DNA from: Spirochaetia bacterium | GTDB lineage: Bacteria; Spirochaetota; Spirochaetia; WTKD01; G963693115 | NCBI GenBank assembly: GCA_965218205.1 | Contig: OZ244590.1 | Span: forward strand, 984,178-1,048,177 | DNA: 64,000 nucleotides | Reading direction: 5' to 3' | Shown: piece after piece, positions 47,615 to 58,261 of the stretch | Position numbering within the stretch: position 1 is the stretch's first letter | Layout of the letters: every line of letters begins with the position of its first letter | The notes under the pieces: generated by a model | Seen by the model: only the letters and a program-made list of their open reading frames with translations | Databases searched by the model: none | What the model was told of the DNA's origin: nothing | Position numbers and translations under genes: made by a program

Positions 47615-49099
47615 ATGATGAGTAAGATTAAATACAAGGCATATACATTTGATGATGTTCTTCTGCTCCCATCATATAGCGATGTTGTTCCTTCCGAAAT
47701 TTCCCTTAAAACACAGATAACGAGAAATATTTCCTTAGAAATTCCTTTAATATCCGCAGCTATGGACACAGTTACAGAAACTAAAATGGCAATCGCTCTT
47801 GCCGAACAAGGAGGAATTGGTATTATTCATAAAAATAATACTATACAAGAACAATCTGCAATGGTGTCTGCAGTAAAAAAGTATATCTCAGGAGTAGTCA
47901 GAAACCCAGTTACTATATCATCGTATAAAAAGGTGTCAGATCTCATGGATATAATACAGAGGCATCATTTTACTGGTATGCCTGTTGTCGATGATGGAGT
48001 ACTAAAAGGCATTGTAACGAGCAGAGATATTCGCTATGCTCAAGATTTTTCAGTTTCTATCGCTTCAATTATGACAAAAAGAGAACGGCTTATTACTGCT
48101 ACAGGTTCTACTTCTTTGGATGATATAAAGCATTTAATGTATAAACATAGATTGGAAAAAATCATACTTATTGATAGCAATTCTCAAGATACTTTGCGAG
48201 GGCTGGTTACTATGAAGGATATTGAAAAATCTATTTATTTTCCTTTTGCCACTAAAGATAAAGCAGGAAAGTTAAGGGTAGGGGCTGCTCTTGGGACCTC
48301 ACCCGATACAGAGGAACGAGCAGAAGCCTTAGTTGAGGCAGGAGTTGATATTTTAGTAGTAGATAGTGCTCATGGACATTCAAAAGGAGTGCTGGAAACT
48401 ATTCAATATTTGCGTAATCGCTTTAGTTCTGTAGATATTATTGGAGGAAATGTCTCTACTCCTGAAGCTGCTATAGCGTTGCAGAAAGCAGGGGTTGATG
48501 CTATAAAAATTGGTATGGGACCTGGCTCCATATGCTCAACAAGGATTATTGCAGGAATAGGAGTGCCTCAGATTACTGCTCTGCTTACTATTTATGAGAA
48601 AATGAAAGATTCTAATATTCCTCTGATTGCTGATGGAGGAATTCGTTATTCTGGGGATATTGCAAAAGCATTTGCAGCAGGAGCAGATACCGTGATGCTA
48701 GGGAGTATGTTTGCAGGTACAGAAGAATCTGCAGGAGAAATTGAAATATTTAATGGAAGAAATTTTAAGGTATATCGAGGTATGGGATCTTTAGGAGCTA
48801 TGAATAAGCTGGGTGATAGAAATCGTTATTTTCAAGATAAAATTGTAAGTACTAAAACAGTGCCTGAAGGAGTAGAAGGAAGAGTACCGTATAAGGGAAA
48901 TATTTCATCGGTTATACAACAGCTTGTAGGGGGAGTACGACAAAGTTTAGGTTACACAGGATGTAAGTCTATTTATGAGATGAAAGAAAAAGCTGAGTTT
49001 GTAGAAATAACAAATGCAGGCATGCGTGAAAGTCATGTTCATGATATACAGATAACAAAGGAAGCACCAAACTATGTGCGTGATTCTTTTTGCCCATAA
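47615..49099 (+). CDS. guaB: IMP dehydrogenase
   Basis: 494 aa; TIM barrel with a CBS pair, 'GIGPGSICSTR' catalytic Cys loop. Confidence 0.92.
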   Translation: MMSKIKYKAYTFDDVLLLPSYSDVVPSEISLKTQITRNISLEIPLISAAMDTVTETKMAIALAEQGGIGIIHKNNTIQEQSAMVSAVKKYISGVVRNPVTISSYKKVSDLMDIIQRHHFTGMPVVDDGVLKGIVTSRDIRYAQDFSVSIASIMTKRERLITATGSTSLDDIKHLMYKHRLEKIILIDSNSQDTLRGLVTMKDIEKSIYFPFATKDKAGKLRVGAALGTSPDTEERAEALVEAGVDILVVDSAHGHSKGVLETIQYLRNRFSSVDIIGGNVSTPEAAIALQKAGVDAIKIGMGPGSICSTRIIAGIGVPQITALLTIYEKMKDSNIPLIADGGIRYSGDIAKAFAAGADTVMLGSMFAGTEESAGEIEIFNGRNFKVYRGMGSLGAMNKLGDRNRYFQDKIVSTKTVPEGVEGRVPYKGNISSVIQQLVGGVRQSLGYTGCKSIYEMKEKAEFVEITNAGMRESHVHDIQITKEAPNYVRDSFCP

Positions 49100-49155
49100 T
49101 GGTAAATGGTATTTCTATTTTCTATAATAATATGTAATAAGATCGTATAAAAAGT

Positions 49156-50775
49156 ATGCAAACAAAACAGGATAGTATTCTTATTGTTGATTTTGGTTCT
49201 CAATATACTCAGCTTATTGCAAGACGAGTGCGAGAACAAAATATATTCTCTATTGTTGTTCCTTATACATATAACAAAGAACAAATACATTCGCTTGTTA
49301 TCAAGGAGAATATGACAATAAGAGGGATTATTCTATCAGGAGGCCCTGGCTCTGTTGTTGAACATGATCATCCTGCTATACCACAGTATGTATTTGAATA
49401 CGAACTTCCACTGCTTGGTATTTGTTATGGTATGCAAGCCTTAGTGTTACATGAGCATGGTACTGTCCAATCTTCTGTATCAACACAGTCGCCTCATACA
49501 TCAGATGGAAACAATGGGGAATATGGAAAAACCGATATTTTTTTTGATACGAAAAGTAAGATTTTTTCAAGCATTGTTCAGAAACACAATCATGTTTCTC
49601 AGTCCATTACTGTATGGATGAGTCATGGAGATAGTGTTGATGCACTTCCTAGTGGATATACTATACTGGCTCGTACAGAGAACGGTGTTATTGCAGCAAT
49701 ACAGCATAAGACAAAAGCAATTCTTGCATTACAGTTTCATCCCGAGCTCAGCCATACACAGTATGGCGAAACTATATTAGCGTACTTCTTGTTTGATATG
49801 TGTCATTGTTCAAGAACATGGAATATCGCAACATTGATTGATGATTACATTACTGATGTTCAACGCACAGTACAGGATAAGCAGGTGCTTTTAGCTATTT
49901 CTGGTGGAGTAGATTCTGCAGTACTTGCGTTATTACTCCATAAAGCGTTGGGCAATAAATTGCATTGCTTTTTTGTTGATAACGGCTTGCTCCGCAAGAA
50001 TGAAGCACATATGGTACTACATACTCTATCTGATACTATGGGCTTAACTGTCAAAAAAATAGAAGCACAGCATTTGTTTTTACAAGCACTAGAACACAGT
50101 AGTGATCCAGAAGAAAAAAGAAAAATAATTGGGAGAATGTTTATACAAGTATTTGAGCAAGAAGCGAAAAGCATTCCTTCTTTAGATTTTCTTGCACAAG
50201 GGACAATATACCCTGATTGTATAGAGTCTGCCCGTTCTCAAGCAAACACAGCACATGTAATAAAATCTCATCATAATGTAGGGGGGCTTCCAGAGAGGCT
50301 TTCTCTACGATTATTGGAGCCACTGAGTAATCTGTTTAAGGATGAAGTAAAAAAGCTAGGGAAAGCATTAGGATTAGATGACAGTATTTTATACAGGCAT
50401 CCTTTTCCTGGTCCAGGGTTAGCGGTACGAATTCTTGGAAAAATAGATGAACATAAAATTCAGAAATTGCAAGCTGCTGATTCTATTTTTATTGAGGAAC
50501 TTCATGCGTATAATTTATACCACTCGGTAAGTCAAGCGTTTGCTGTATATATTCCCGTAAAAAGTGTCGGGGTAGTGGGAGACAGAAGATCGTATGAAGA
50601 TATCATTGCATTGCGAGCAGTTGAGACAGTGGACTTTATGTCAGCACGATGGGCTGCATTACCACAGAAATTTCTTGCTCATGTTTCTAATAAAATAGTA
50701 AATTCAGTACAGGGCGTAAGCAGAGTGGTATATGATATATCAGATAAACCACCAGCTACTATAGAATGGGAATAG
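49156..50775 (+). CDS. guaA: GMP synthase (glutamine-hydrolysing)
   Basis: 539 aa; GATase domain 'GICYGMQ', the 'SGGVDSAV' PP-loop and a C-terminal dimerisation domain ending '...IEWE'. Confidence 0.92.
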   Translation: MQTKQDSILIVDFGSQYTQLIARRVREQNIFSIVVPYTYNKEQIHSLVIKENMTIRGIILSGGPGSVVEHDHPAIPQYVFEYELPLLGICYGMQALVLHEHGTVQSSVSTQSPHTSDGNNGEYGKTDIFFDTKSKIFSSIVQKHNHVSQSITVWMSHGDSVDALPSGYTILARTENGVIAAIQHKTKAILALQFHPELSHTQYGETILAYFLFDMCHCSRTWNIATLIDDYITDVQRTVQDKQVLLAISGGVDSAVLALLLHKALGNKLHCFFVDNGLLRKNEAHMVLHTLSDTMGLTVKKIEAQHLFLQALEHSSDPEEKRKIIGRMFIQVFEQEAKSIPSLDFLAQGTIYPDCIESARSQANTAHVIKSHHNVGGLPERLSLRLLEPLSNLFKDEVKKLGKALGLDDSILYRHPFPGPGLAVRILGKIDEHKIQKLQAADSIFIEELHAYNLYHSVSQAFAVYIPVKSVGVVGDRRSYEDIIALRAVETVDFMSARWAALPQKFLAHVSNKIVNSVQGVSRVVYDISDKPPATIEWE

Positions 50776-50777
50776 CG

Positions 50778-51824
50778 TTATTCAGCTTCAATAAAATCTG
50801 CAGGGATAAGATAATCTAAGTTTGCATGACGAGGATCTTTTTTTGGGAGTGATGTTATTCTCTCTATGCCGATGTTAGTAATATCTATATTGATAATTTT
50901 CCAGCTATTTGCTTTTTTTTCTAAAAAAAATGTATAGTTTCGTATTTCTTTTCTTTGATTATCATATACTTTTGATACTAATGCTGCTACTGTTGCTTTT
51001 GTGCTTGTTCGTTGTACTTCATCAATAGAAAAGGCTGTGTCTATGAGAAACATATAATCTTCTTGATATGATATATTTTTGATAAATGAAAGAAGCTCCT
51101 TGCGTTGCTGATGGTATGCAAGTGTATTGAATTGCCTTGTATCTTGTACTATATTGAGATAAAATGAATACAGGTCTACAGTACTAAAAAACTCATCCCA
51201 GTTGGTGCTTATAGCAGATTGCAATGCTTTTTTTACTGCATCTTCAGGATAATAGAATGCTTGTGATATTCTCCCTTCATGTGTATTCTCATTTCCAAAT
51301 TCAGTTTGAGTAGTGTTTTCAAAGAATGTGGTATCTTTTACTATTGAAATGAGTATCGGATCAGATGCTGCTTGTATGCTTTTATTATTGAAAGGATGAG
51401 GAAAAAAACGTACTGTAATGGTAAATGTTCCTGTAGAGCGAAACTCTAGGTAATTATCAAGCATAATATCAAAGGAGTACTGTTTTTCTTGGCTAAGGGA
51501 TACTGTGGTATATCCTGTATCTCCATGTGTATAAGGAGGAGTAGTATTATGTAATTGTAAGTAATAGAATTGTGTACTAAAAGGAACAGGGAGCTTTAAG
51601 TTATCATATGCTTCCACTTTGATATTGTACATTCTATTGTGTGCTATTTCTATATCTAGTGGAAATGGTGAATGCAATGTTACTGTAATTTTTTTAGATT
51701 CATTTTCTAAGAACACTACTTTTTCTGGCTCTATTTGTATGGATATATTATTTTTTTGTTGTTGAGAATGCACGACTATAGGGAATAATACTACAAAAAA
51801 TAGCATGAGAACAGTATATTTCAT
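50778..51824 (-). CDS. Hypothetical secreted protein
   Basis: 348 aa; N-terminal signal peptide; no recognisable domains. Confidence 0.45.
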   Translation of the reverse strand: MKYTVLMLFFVVLFPIVVHSQQQKNNISIQIEPEKVVFLENESKKITVTLHSPFPLDIEIAHNRMYNIKVEAYDNLKLPVPFSTQFYYLQLHNTTPPYTHGDTGYTTVSLSQEKQYSFDIMLDNYLEFRSTGTFTITVRFFPHPFNNKSIQAASDPILISIVKDTTFFENTTQTEFGNENTHEGRISQAFYYPEDAVKKALQSAISTNWDEFFSTVDLYSFYLNIVQDTRQFNTLAYHQQRKELLSFIKNISYQEDYMFLIDTAFSIDEVQRTSTKATVAALVSKVYDNQRKEIRNYTFFLEKKANSWKIINIDITNIGIERITSLPKKDPRHANLDYLIPADFIEAE

Positions 51825-51902
51825 ACAGTTATATATATCGGTATATTTATGCCGTAGCTTAAGATAAGCTTAAAAAATATCTTTGTATTACAATAAAACT
51901 AG

Positions 51903-54900
51903 ATGGACTTTTCTCATTTTATAGCAGAGCTCAATAAGCAAGCACAAGAGACACTTGAACATATTAGACATGCCTTTCCTTCTTTTACAAAAGAGGAGAA
52001 GAGTATAACTTTGCAGAGTGCTCATAGTAGTTATTTTTCTTATTGGCTACAACAAGCACAGCAGTTTTTTAATAAGAATATGCTTATAGTAACACCTACC
52101 GATGAACAAGCATATTTAATGGCACAAGACTTTCATCTGTTTGGAAAAGAAGTGTCTGTTTTGCCATCATGGAAAGGAGCTATAGGCAGTGGCATAGCTC
52201 AGTACTCCTCAATTTGGGCAGAGCGTGCAACAAGTTTGCATGCCATTGCTCATAATAATCCATCTATAGTGCTATGCAGTGTACGATCTTTTTTTCAAAT
52301 GCTCCCTTCAAAAGAAAATATAAAGAGCATGTCACTGTTTGTGCAAAAGGAACAATCTTTAGATAGTACTGAACTTATTGATACATTGAATGCATGGGGA
52401 TATACAAGAGTTTCGCAAGTTGAGAGCTTTGGGGAGTTTGCAGTGCGAGGAGAAGTGATAGACATCTGTAGTGATATGTATAACAAAAAAGGGGTAGGCA
52501 TTCGTATAAACATAGCATATGATGTTGTAGAACAAATTCGAGAATTTTCACTGAGCAGTCAGTTAAGCACTCATAGCAAAACGAGTATTCATCTTCACCC
52601 TCAGAGAGAGTTTTTGTGGCAACGCGATATGCAACATATACAACAAGATGAAAATGTAAACAGGTACAAGCAATGCATAAAACAGGCATTTCCAGAGATA
52701 AATACAAAGTCGCTTGATATGCTTGTGGAAAAGATTGAAACTACAGGATATGAAGATAGGCAGTATCTCTATTATCCTTTTTTGCAAGATACTTATTCGC
52801 ACATTACTCGGTATTTTGATGAAGCTCCATTGGTGGTATACACACAGTATGAAATGTACCAGAGAGAACAACAACGATTTTGGGATGAGCTTGAACAAGC
52901 ATTTCTTTCTTTTGGACGCGTCTATCCTATTCCACGTGCTTCACGTTTGCGTTCTCTCTTAGATGATGTGTGTGCTATAGATAGCTCAATCATGGTGTAT
53001 GCCACAGCAAAGCAAAAAGATAGCATACGTATTGCAGATGCACCAAATAAGCATTTTGCTTCAAACATGACATATTTTATAAAGTATTGTCAAAAAATGT
53101 GTAATAAAGACACAAATAAAGTATTTGTATGTGCTGAAAACGAGGATAGAGTAAAGCAATTGAGGTATTTATGCACAGAAAAGCTCAGTGATTTAGAAAA
53201 TTTCTCAATCATCTGTGCAGATTTTTCTCATGGATTTTCTCTTACCCATACTACTACAGAGCATGAGTTACAGGTATTTACTGAAATTGATATTTTTGGA
53301 AAACGGATGGTAAATGTTGATTCTCAAGCAACTCAAGCAATTTTCTCTATGGATCAAATGCAGGTAGGTGAGTATGTGGTGCATATTCTCTATGGCATAG
53401 GTGCGTTTAATGGGATAGTGCGCCGTACTATTAGAGGAATAGAGCGAGATTATATACACCTTGAATATGCAAAAAAAGAAAAGCTGTTTGTTCCCATAGA
53501 GCAGATGAATATGGTGCAACGGTATATTGGGCAAAATGCTGAGCAGGTGCAGCTTGATAGTCTGGGTTCGGATAGCTGGCAAAAGAGAAAGAAAGCAGTA
53601 CAAAAGAAAATCGAAGATATGTCTCATGAGCTGTTAGAGTTATATGCAAAGCGCAGTAGCTCACAAGGAATAGGGTTTTCAAAGATTGATTGGGAGGAAC
53701 AATTTTTACAAGATTTTGTACACGAAGACACAAAAGATCAGGCGAGTGCATGGGAAGAAATTAAAGCGGATATGCAAAAATCTGTGCCTATGGATAGACT
53801 GCTTGTAGGGGATGTGGGGTTTGGCAAAACAGAAATTGCTTTTCGTGCAGCGTTTAGAGCAATAAGCAACGGTATGCAAGTAGTCATGTTAGTGCCAACA
53901 ACGATTTTAGCAGAACAGCATTATGAGACAGCCTTAGAGCGTTTTAAGAATTTTCCTGTAACAATAGAAATGCTTTCTCGCTTTGTCTCTAAACAAAAGC
54001 AACAGCAAGTGATACAGAGAGTAAAAAATGCTGATATTGAATTTCTTATTGGAACGCATAGAGTGATACAGAAAGACATAGTGTTTGCAAAATTAGGCTT
54101 AGTGATTGTAGATGAGGAGCATCGCTTTGGTGTGAAAGATAAGGAGCGTATTAAACAGCTAAAGTACAATGTAGACTGTTTAAGCATGAGTGCTACTCCC
54201 ATCCCTCGTACTCTCTATCAGTCGCTTGTGCAGCTAAGAGATTTATCTTCACTGCATGTAGCTCCAAAACTAAGAAAGCCAATTCAAACTCATATAGAAA
54301 AATTTAATGAAGACACAATAAAACAAGCTATTTATAAGGAGCTTGAAAGGGATGGGCAAGTGTTTGTGCTTCATAATAGAGTAAAAACACTTGATAAAAT
54401 GAAGCTGTTACTTGAAATGCTTGTGCCTGAAGCAACGGTGCTGACTGCAAGCGGGCAGATGAACCCTCTTGCGTTGGAAGAAACAATGTATCAGTTTACG
54501 CATGGGGCAGCCAATATACTGGTATCAACTACTATCATTGAAAATGGTATTGATATACCACGAGTGAATACAATTATTATTGATAGGGCAGATTTTTATG
54601 GAATTTCTCAACTGTATCAGCTAAGAGGAAGAGTGGGGCGTAGCGATAGACAATCGTATGCGTATCTGTTATATCCCGATGACCTCACTCTATCGGATCT
54701 TGCTCTAAAACGCTTAACTGTGATAAGTGATAACACAGAGCTAGGATCGGGCTTCAATATTGCCATGAGAGATTTAGAAGTGCGAGGGGCTGGTAATCTT
54801 TTAGGGAAAGAACAGAGCGGGAGTATCCATGCTATTGGATATGAGTATTACATGCAGTTGCTTGATAAAACTATGAAAAAGATGAAGCATCAGGATAGCG

Positions 54901-55334
54901 AAGAAGAAATTGAACCAGTATTAGAAATAGAATTTGGAGGCTTTATCCCCGATACCTATATCGCTGAACCCTCGCTAAAAATGTCCTTGTATAAGCAAAT
55001 TATAAGTACTAATACGATAGAAGAACATCAACAGTTACTGTCTGATATTACCGATAAATATGGAGCTATCCCCCTTGAAATGCAAGGTTTGCTTTCTTTG
55101 TCAACATTACGTATTATATGTAAAAAACTTAAAATTACTCAGTTGCGTGAACGCTCTCACAACATTGAGTTACATTTTCAAAAATTATCCTTGCTGCCTG
55201 CTGCTAAAATACAACAGTATGTGCAAGATAAAAAAATGAAAATACATCCTACGCTTCCTAATGTATTGTTGCTTCCTTGTGATGGATTAACGAAAGAGCA
55301 AATATATCAGCATATATGTAGCTATTTTTTATAG
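51903..55334 (+). CDS. mfd: Transcription-repair coupling factor
   Basis: 1143 aa; SF2 helicase motifs 'GDVGFGKTE', 'DEEHRFG' and the Mfd domain order. Confidence 0.9.
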   Translation: MDFSHFIAELNKQAQETLEHIRHAFPSFTKEEKSITLQSAHSSYFSYWLQQAQQFFNKNMLIVTPTDEQAYLMAQDFHLFGKEVSVLPSWKGAIGSGIAQYSSIWAERATSLHAIAHNNPSIVLCSVRSFFQMLPSKENIKSMSLFVQKEQSLDSTELIDTLNAWGYTRVSQVESFGEFAVRGEVIDICSDMYNKKGVGIRINIAYDVVEQIREFSLSSQLSTHSKTSIHLHPQREFLWQRDMQHIQQDENVNRYKQCIKQAFPEINTKSLDMLVEKIETTGYEDRQYLYYPFLQDTYSHITRYFDEAPLVVYTQYEMYQREQQRFWDELEQAFLSFGRVYPIPRASRLRSLLDDVCAIDSSIMVYATAKQKDSIRIADAPNKHFASNMTYFIKYCQKMCNKDTNKVFVCAENEDRVKQLRYLCTEKLSDLENFSIICADFSHGFSLTHTTTEHELQVFTEIDIFGKRMVNVDSQATQAIFSMDQMQVGEYVVHILYGIGAFNGIVRRTIRGIERDYIHLEYAKKEKLFVPIEQMNMVQRYIGQNAEQVQLDSLGSDSWQKRKKAVQKKIEDMSHELLELYAKRSSSQGIGFSKIDWEEQFLQDFVHEDTKDQASAWEEIKADMQKSVPMDRLLVGDVGFGKTEIAFRAAFRAISNGMQVVMLVPTTILAEQHYETALERFKNFPVTIEMLSRFVSKQKQQQVIQRVKNADIEFLIGTHRVIQKDIVFAKLGLVIVDEEHRFGVKDKERIKQLKYNVDCLSMSATPIPRTLYQSLVQLRDLSSLHVAPKLRKPIQTHIEKFNEDTIKQAIYKELERDGQVFVLHNRVKTLDKMKLLLEMLVPEATVLTASGQMNPLALEETMYQFTHGAANILVSTTIIENGIDIPRVNTIIIDRADFYGISQLYQLRGRVGRSDRQSYAYLLYPDDLTLSDLALKRLTVISDNTELGSGFNIAMRDLEVRGAGNLLGKEQSGSIHAIGYEYYMQLLDKTMKKMKHQDSEEEIEPVLEIEFGGFIPDTYIAEPSLKMSLYKQIISTNTIEEHQQLLSDITDKYGAIPLEMQGLLSLSTLRIICKKLKITQLRERSHNIELHFQKLSLLPAAKIQQYVQDKKMKIHPTLPNVLLLPCDGLTKEQIYQHICSYFL

Positions 55335-55364
55335 AATACAAAAACATATATAATAGAAAAAAGA

Positions 55365-56159
55365 ATGCGAAAGAATATCCCAGAGAACTATAGCTATGTG
55401 TACCCTGCTCTTTCTGAAAGAAAAGAATCGTCTCACTATGCAATACAATCAAATAAAACCTATGCAGTACGTGCAAGCCGAACAACAGATGCACAGAAAA
55501 AAGCATACAATAGAGGGATGCAAGACTATGGCATGTCCTCGCCATTTCTTAACGCTGACAGTTTACAGAAAAAAATTAGCATGCGAAAGAAACAGTCTTA
55601 CACAACATGTGTTCTTGACATTGGGTTTGGAAATGGGAGTACGCTCTACAATGCAAGCACTGCTTTTTTAGATACCTTGTTTATCGGTATTGAAGTATAC
55701 GCTGCAGGCATAGGTGCTTTATTAAAAGAAGTATTGACGCATACTGTAGAAAATATTCTTATATATCATGATGACGCTATTAAAGTATTATATAACGAAG
55801 TGGAAAATGAGAGTATTGATGCTATACATGTATTCTTTCCTGATCCTTGGCATAAAACAAAGCACAATAAACGAAGAATGGTAAACAAGCAGTTTATGTT
55901 GCTTGTATATCAGTTATTACTTCCTCGTAATGGAATATTTTGGTTTATAAGTGATAATCCAGAGTATGTCCAAGAAGTGCGTACGATAGCACATGCTATT
56001 AACACAGCATATGCACAAACACATGGTATACAGTGGACTATGCTTGATTATGATGCAAACAAGGAGAGACTTTACAGTGGGGAAAAACAAACTAAATTTG
56101 AGCAAAGAGCCCACAGGCTCGGCAATCCAGTACAGTCTCTTGTGTTGCAAAGAGTGTAG
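55365..56159 (+). CDS. trmB: tRNA (guanine46-N7)-methyltransferase
   Basis: 'VFFPDPWHKTKHNKRR' TrmB signature; the real start may be downstream. Confidence 0.8.
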   Translation: MRKNIPENYSYVYPALSERKESSHYAIQSNKTYAVRASRTTDAQKKAYNRGMQDYGMSSPFLNADSLQKKISMRKKQSYTTCVLDIGFGNGSTLYNASTAFLDTLFIGIEVYAAGIGALLKEVLTHTVENILIYHDDAIKVLYNEVENESIDAIHVFFPDPWHKTKHNKRRMVNKQFMLLVYQLLLPRNGIFWFISDNPEYVQEVRTIAHAINTAYAQTHGIQWTMLDYDANKERLYSGEKQTKFEQRAHRLGNPVQSLVLQRV

Positions 56160-56181
56160 TAGAGTATAGCAAACTGTGTTG

Positions 56182-58212
56182 CTACTTCTCTTTCTGTGCA
56201 TACCGTAAAAATTCCATGCTATATCTCCCTCTTCCTTCTGTGCTGTTTCTTAGTACTGTTGAAAATCCAAATAATGTACTAAGGGCAGACTCTGCATGAA
56301 TAATACTTATGTTTCCCTTTGTGTCAACATTGTGAATAATGCTGTTTCGTACATTGAGAGGTTGCATTGCATCTCCTACAAAATCAGTAGGAACAGTAAT
56401 AATTACTTTCATAATAGGTTCCATGCATACTACAGTAGCTTTGTGAGCAATAGTATAAAAAGCCTGTGCAGCAGAATAACGAAGTGACATTTCGGCTATA
56501 CTTTCGTTTCCTTCATAGGATATATCAAGAATATGCACATGGGTGTTTACCATAGGATACCCAAAAGCCACACCGCTTTTCATTGAATCTTCAATGCTGT
56601 TTTCGACATATCGTAGCCAAATATCAGCAACAGAGTTGGGTACTGCATTACTTATGATATTGCCCTCTTGTTCTGCTGCTCCTACTTGGAGTTCTATGCT
56701 TGCCTTAATGCTAAGATCTGTTTGTCCGGGAATATGATCTAGTGTGTACACTTCACTGTATTGAGAAGTAACCGCTTCTTTGTAATTGACAGTGGGATGC
56801 CCTTGACGAACAGGGAGTTTATAATCATTTTGTATTTTTGTGGCTAATACTTCTAAGTGGAGTTCTCCCATGCCAGAAATAAGTATTTGTCCCGTATTTT
56901 CATCTTCTTTATGATGAAAACTTGGATCTTCAATCTCTAATTTTTGCAACACTTCTAATAGTTGTTCTCTATCTGAGAGAGTTTGCACTTCAAGCGTGGT
57001 AGAGATAACAGGAGCTATGTTCTGAATGCCTTCTAGCATATATGCATCATGAGTAGAATCGCTAAAGCTATGTCCTGTGATAAATGATTTAGGGCCAATA
57101 AGCACTGCAATTTCTCCTGCATGTAACTCTTCGCACTGTGTTGATTTATTGGCATGCATCTTTAAGATACGCAAGACACGTTCTTTTTTTTGTGTGTTAG
57201 TGTTGATGACAGTGCTTCCTTTCTTAAGTGTGCCTTTGTATATACGAACATAATGCATAAGCCCATAGTCCTTATCGACAACAGACTTAAACACAAAGCC
57301 AAGAAGGGCATTTTTATACTCTTGCAACGGTTTAGTAGCGTTTCCGCTGGGAGACATTGCATGTAAAAGAGGGGGCGGTGTCTCTTGTGGGTAGGGCAGG
57401 TACTGGACAACAGCATCAAGGAGCGGTTGAACACCAATATTTTGTAAGCTAGAACCACAGAGCACTGGTAGCAGAGCATGCTCTTGCACTGCTTTTCGTA
57501 AGGTTTGAGTTAGCTCTTGATTGCTAATGGCCTCCTCGTTAAGAAATTTTTCGGTAAGCACATCCGAGTATTCTATAATTTTCTCTCTTAAGTGATTGTG
57601 CCATGTTTCTGCTTGTTCTTTATAGCTGTCTCTAATATCCTGTGTGCTATAGATGACTCCGTCACTGTTTTTGTCCCAGAGTATCTCTTTCATTTTAAGT
57701 AAGTCTATAATGCCCTCAAAATCTTTTTCGCTCCCAATGGGAATGTATAAAGGAAGAGCCTCACTGCTGAGTTTTGCTTGAATATCTTTAAGGACTGCGT
57801 AAAAATCTGCCCCAAGCCTGTCTATTTTATTGATATATGCAATTCGTGCTACATGGTAGTGTTCTGCCTGATGCCATACCGTTTCTGATTGTGGCTCAAC
57901 TCCCGAGACAGCACAGAATATACCAACAGCTCCATCAAGCACACGAAGTGAACGCTCTACCTCAATAGTAAAGTCTACATGACCAGGAGTATCAATAATA
58001 TTGATACTATGCTCGTGCCAATCAATAGTAGTACACGCAGAACTGATGGTAATACCACGATTCTGCTCCTGCTCCATCCAGTCCATCTGAGCCGTCCCAG
58101 TATCAACCTCGCCAATTTTGTGCGTCTTTCCTGCAAAAAATAACATGCGTTCGGTAGTAGTAGTCTTTCCCGCATCAATATGAGCAATAATGCCTATGTT
58201 GTGAATATTCAT
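56182..58212 (-). CDS. fusA: Elongation factor G paralog
   Basis: 676 aa; 'AHIDAGKTT' G1, 'DTPGH' G3 and 'NKID' G4 motifs plus EF-G domains III-V; not next to rpsG/tuf, so likely a second copy. Confidence 0.85.
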   Translation of the reverse strand: MNIHNIGIIAHIDAGKTTTTERMLFFAGKTHKIGEVDTGTAQMDWMEQEQNRGITISSACTTIDWHEHSINIIDTPGHVDFTIEVERSLRVLDGAVGIFCAVSGVEPQSETVWHQAEHYHVARIAYINKIDRLGADFYAVLKDIQAKLSSEALPLYIPIGSEKDFEGIIDLLKMKEILWDKNSDGVIYSTQDIRDSYKEQAETWHNHLREKIIEYSDVLTEKFLNEEAISNQELTQTLRKAVQEHALLPVLCGSSLQNIGVQPLLDAVVQYLPYPQETPPPLLHAMSPSGNATKPLQEYKNALLGFVFKSVVDKDYGLMHYVRIYKGTLKKGSTVINTNTQKKERVLRILKMHANKSTQCEELHAGEIAVLIGPKSFITGHSFSDSTHDAYMLEGIQNIAPVISTTLEVQTLSDREQLLEVLQKLEIEDPSFHHKEDENTGQILISGMGELHLEVLATKIQNDYKLPVRQGHPTVNYKEAVTSQYSEVYTLDHIPGQTDLSIKASIELQVGAAEQEGNIISNAVPNSVADIWLRYVENSIEDSMKSGVAFGYPMVNTHVHILDISYEGNESIAEMSLRYSAAQAFYTIAHKATVVCMEPIMKVIITVPTDFVGDAMQPLNVRNSIIHNVDTKGNISIIHAESALSTLFGFSTVLRNSTEGRGRYSMEFLRYAQKEK

Positions 58213-58261
58213 ATATTATAAGTGTAGTATAATACCAGCTTGGAGTGTTGGGAGGAGGCTT

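Noticed and set aside
56167-56184. Small hairpin tagcaa-actgtg-ttgcta between convergent trmB and the EF-G gene
   Set aside because: Only a 6-bp AU-rich stem that overlaps the EF-G stop codon; too weak to call a terminator.
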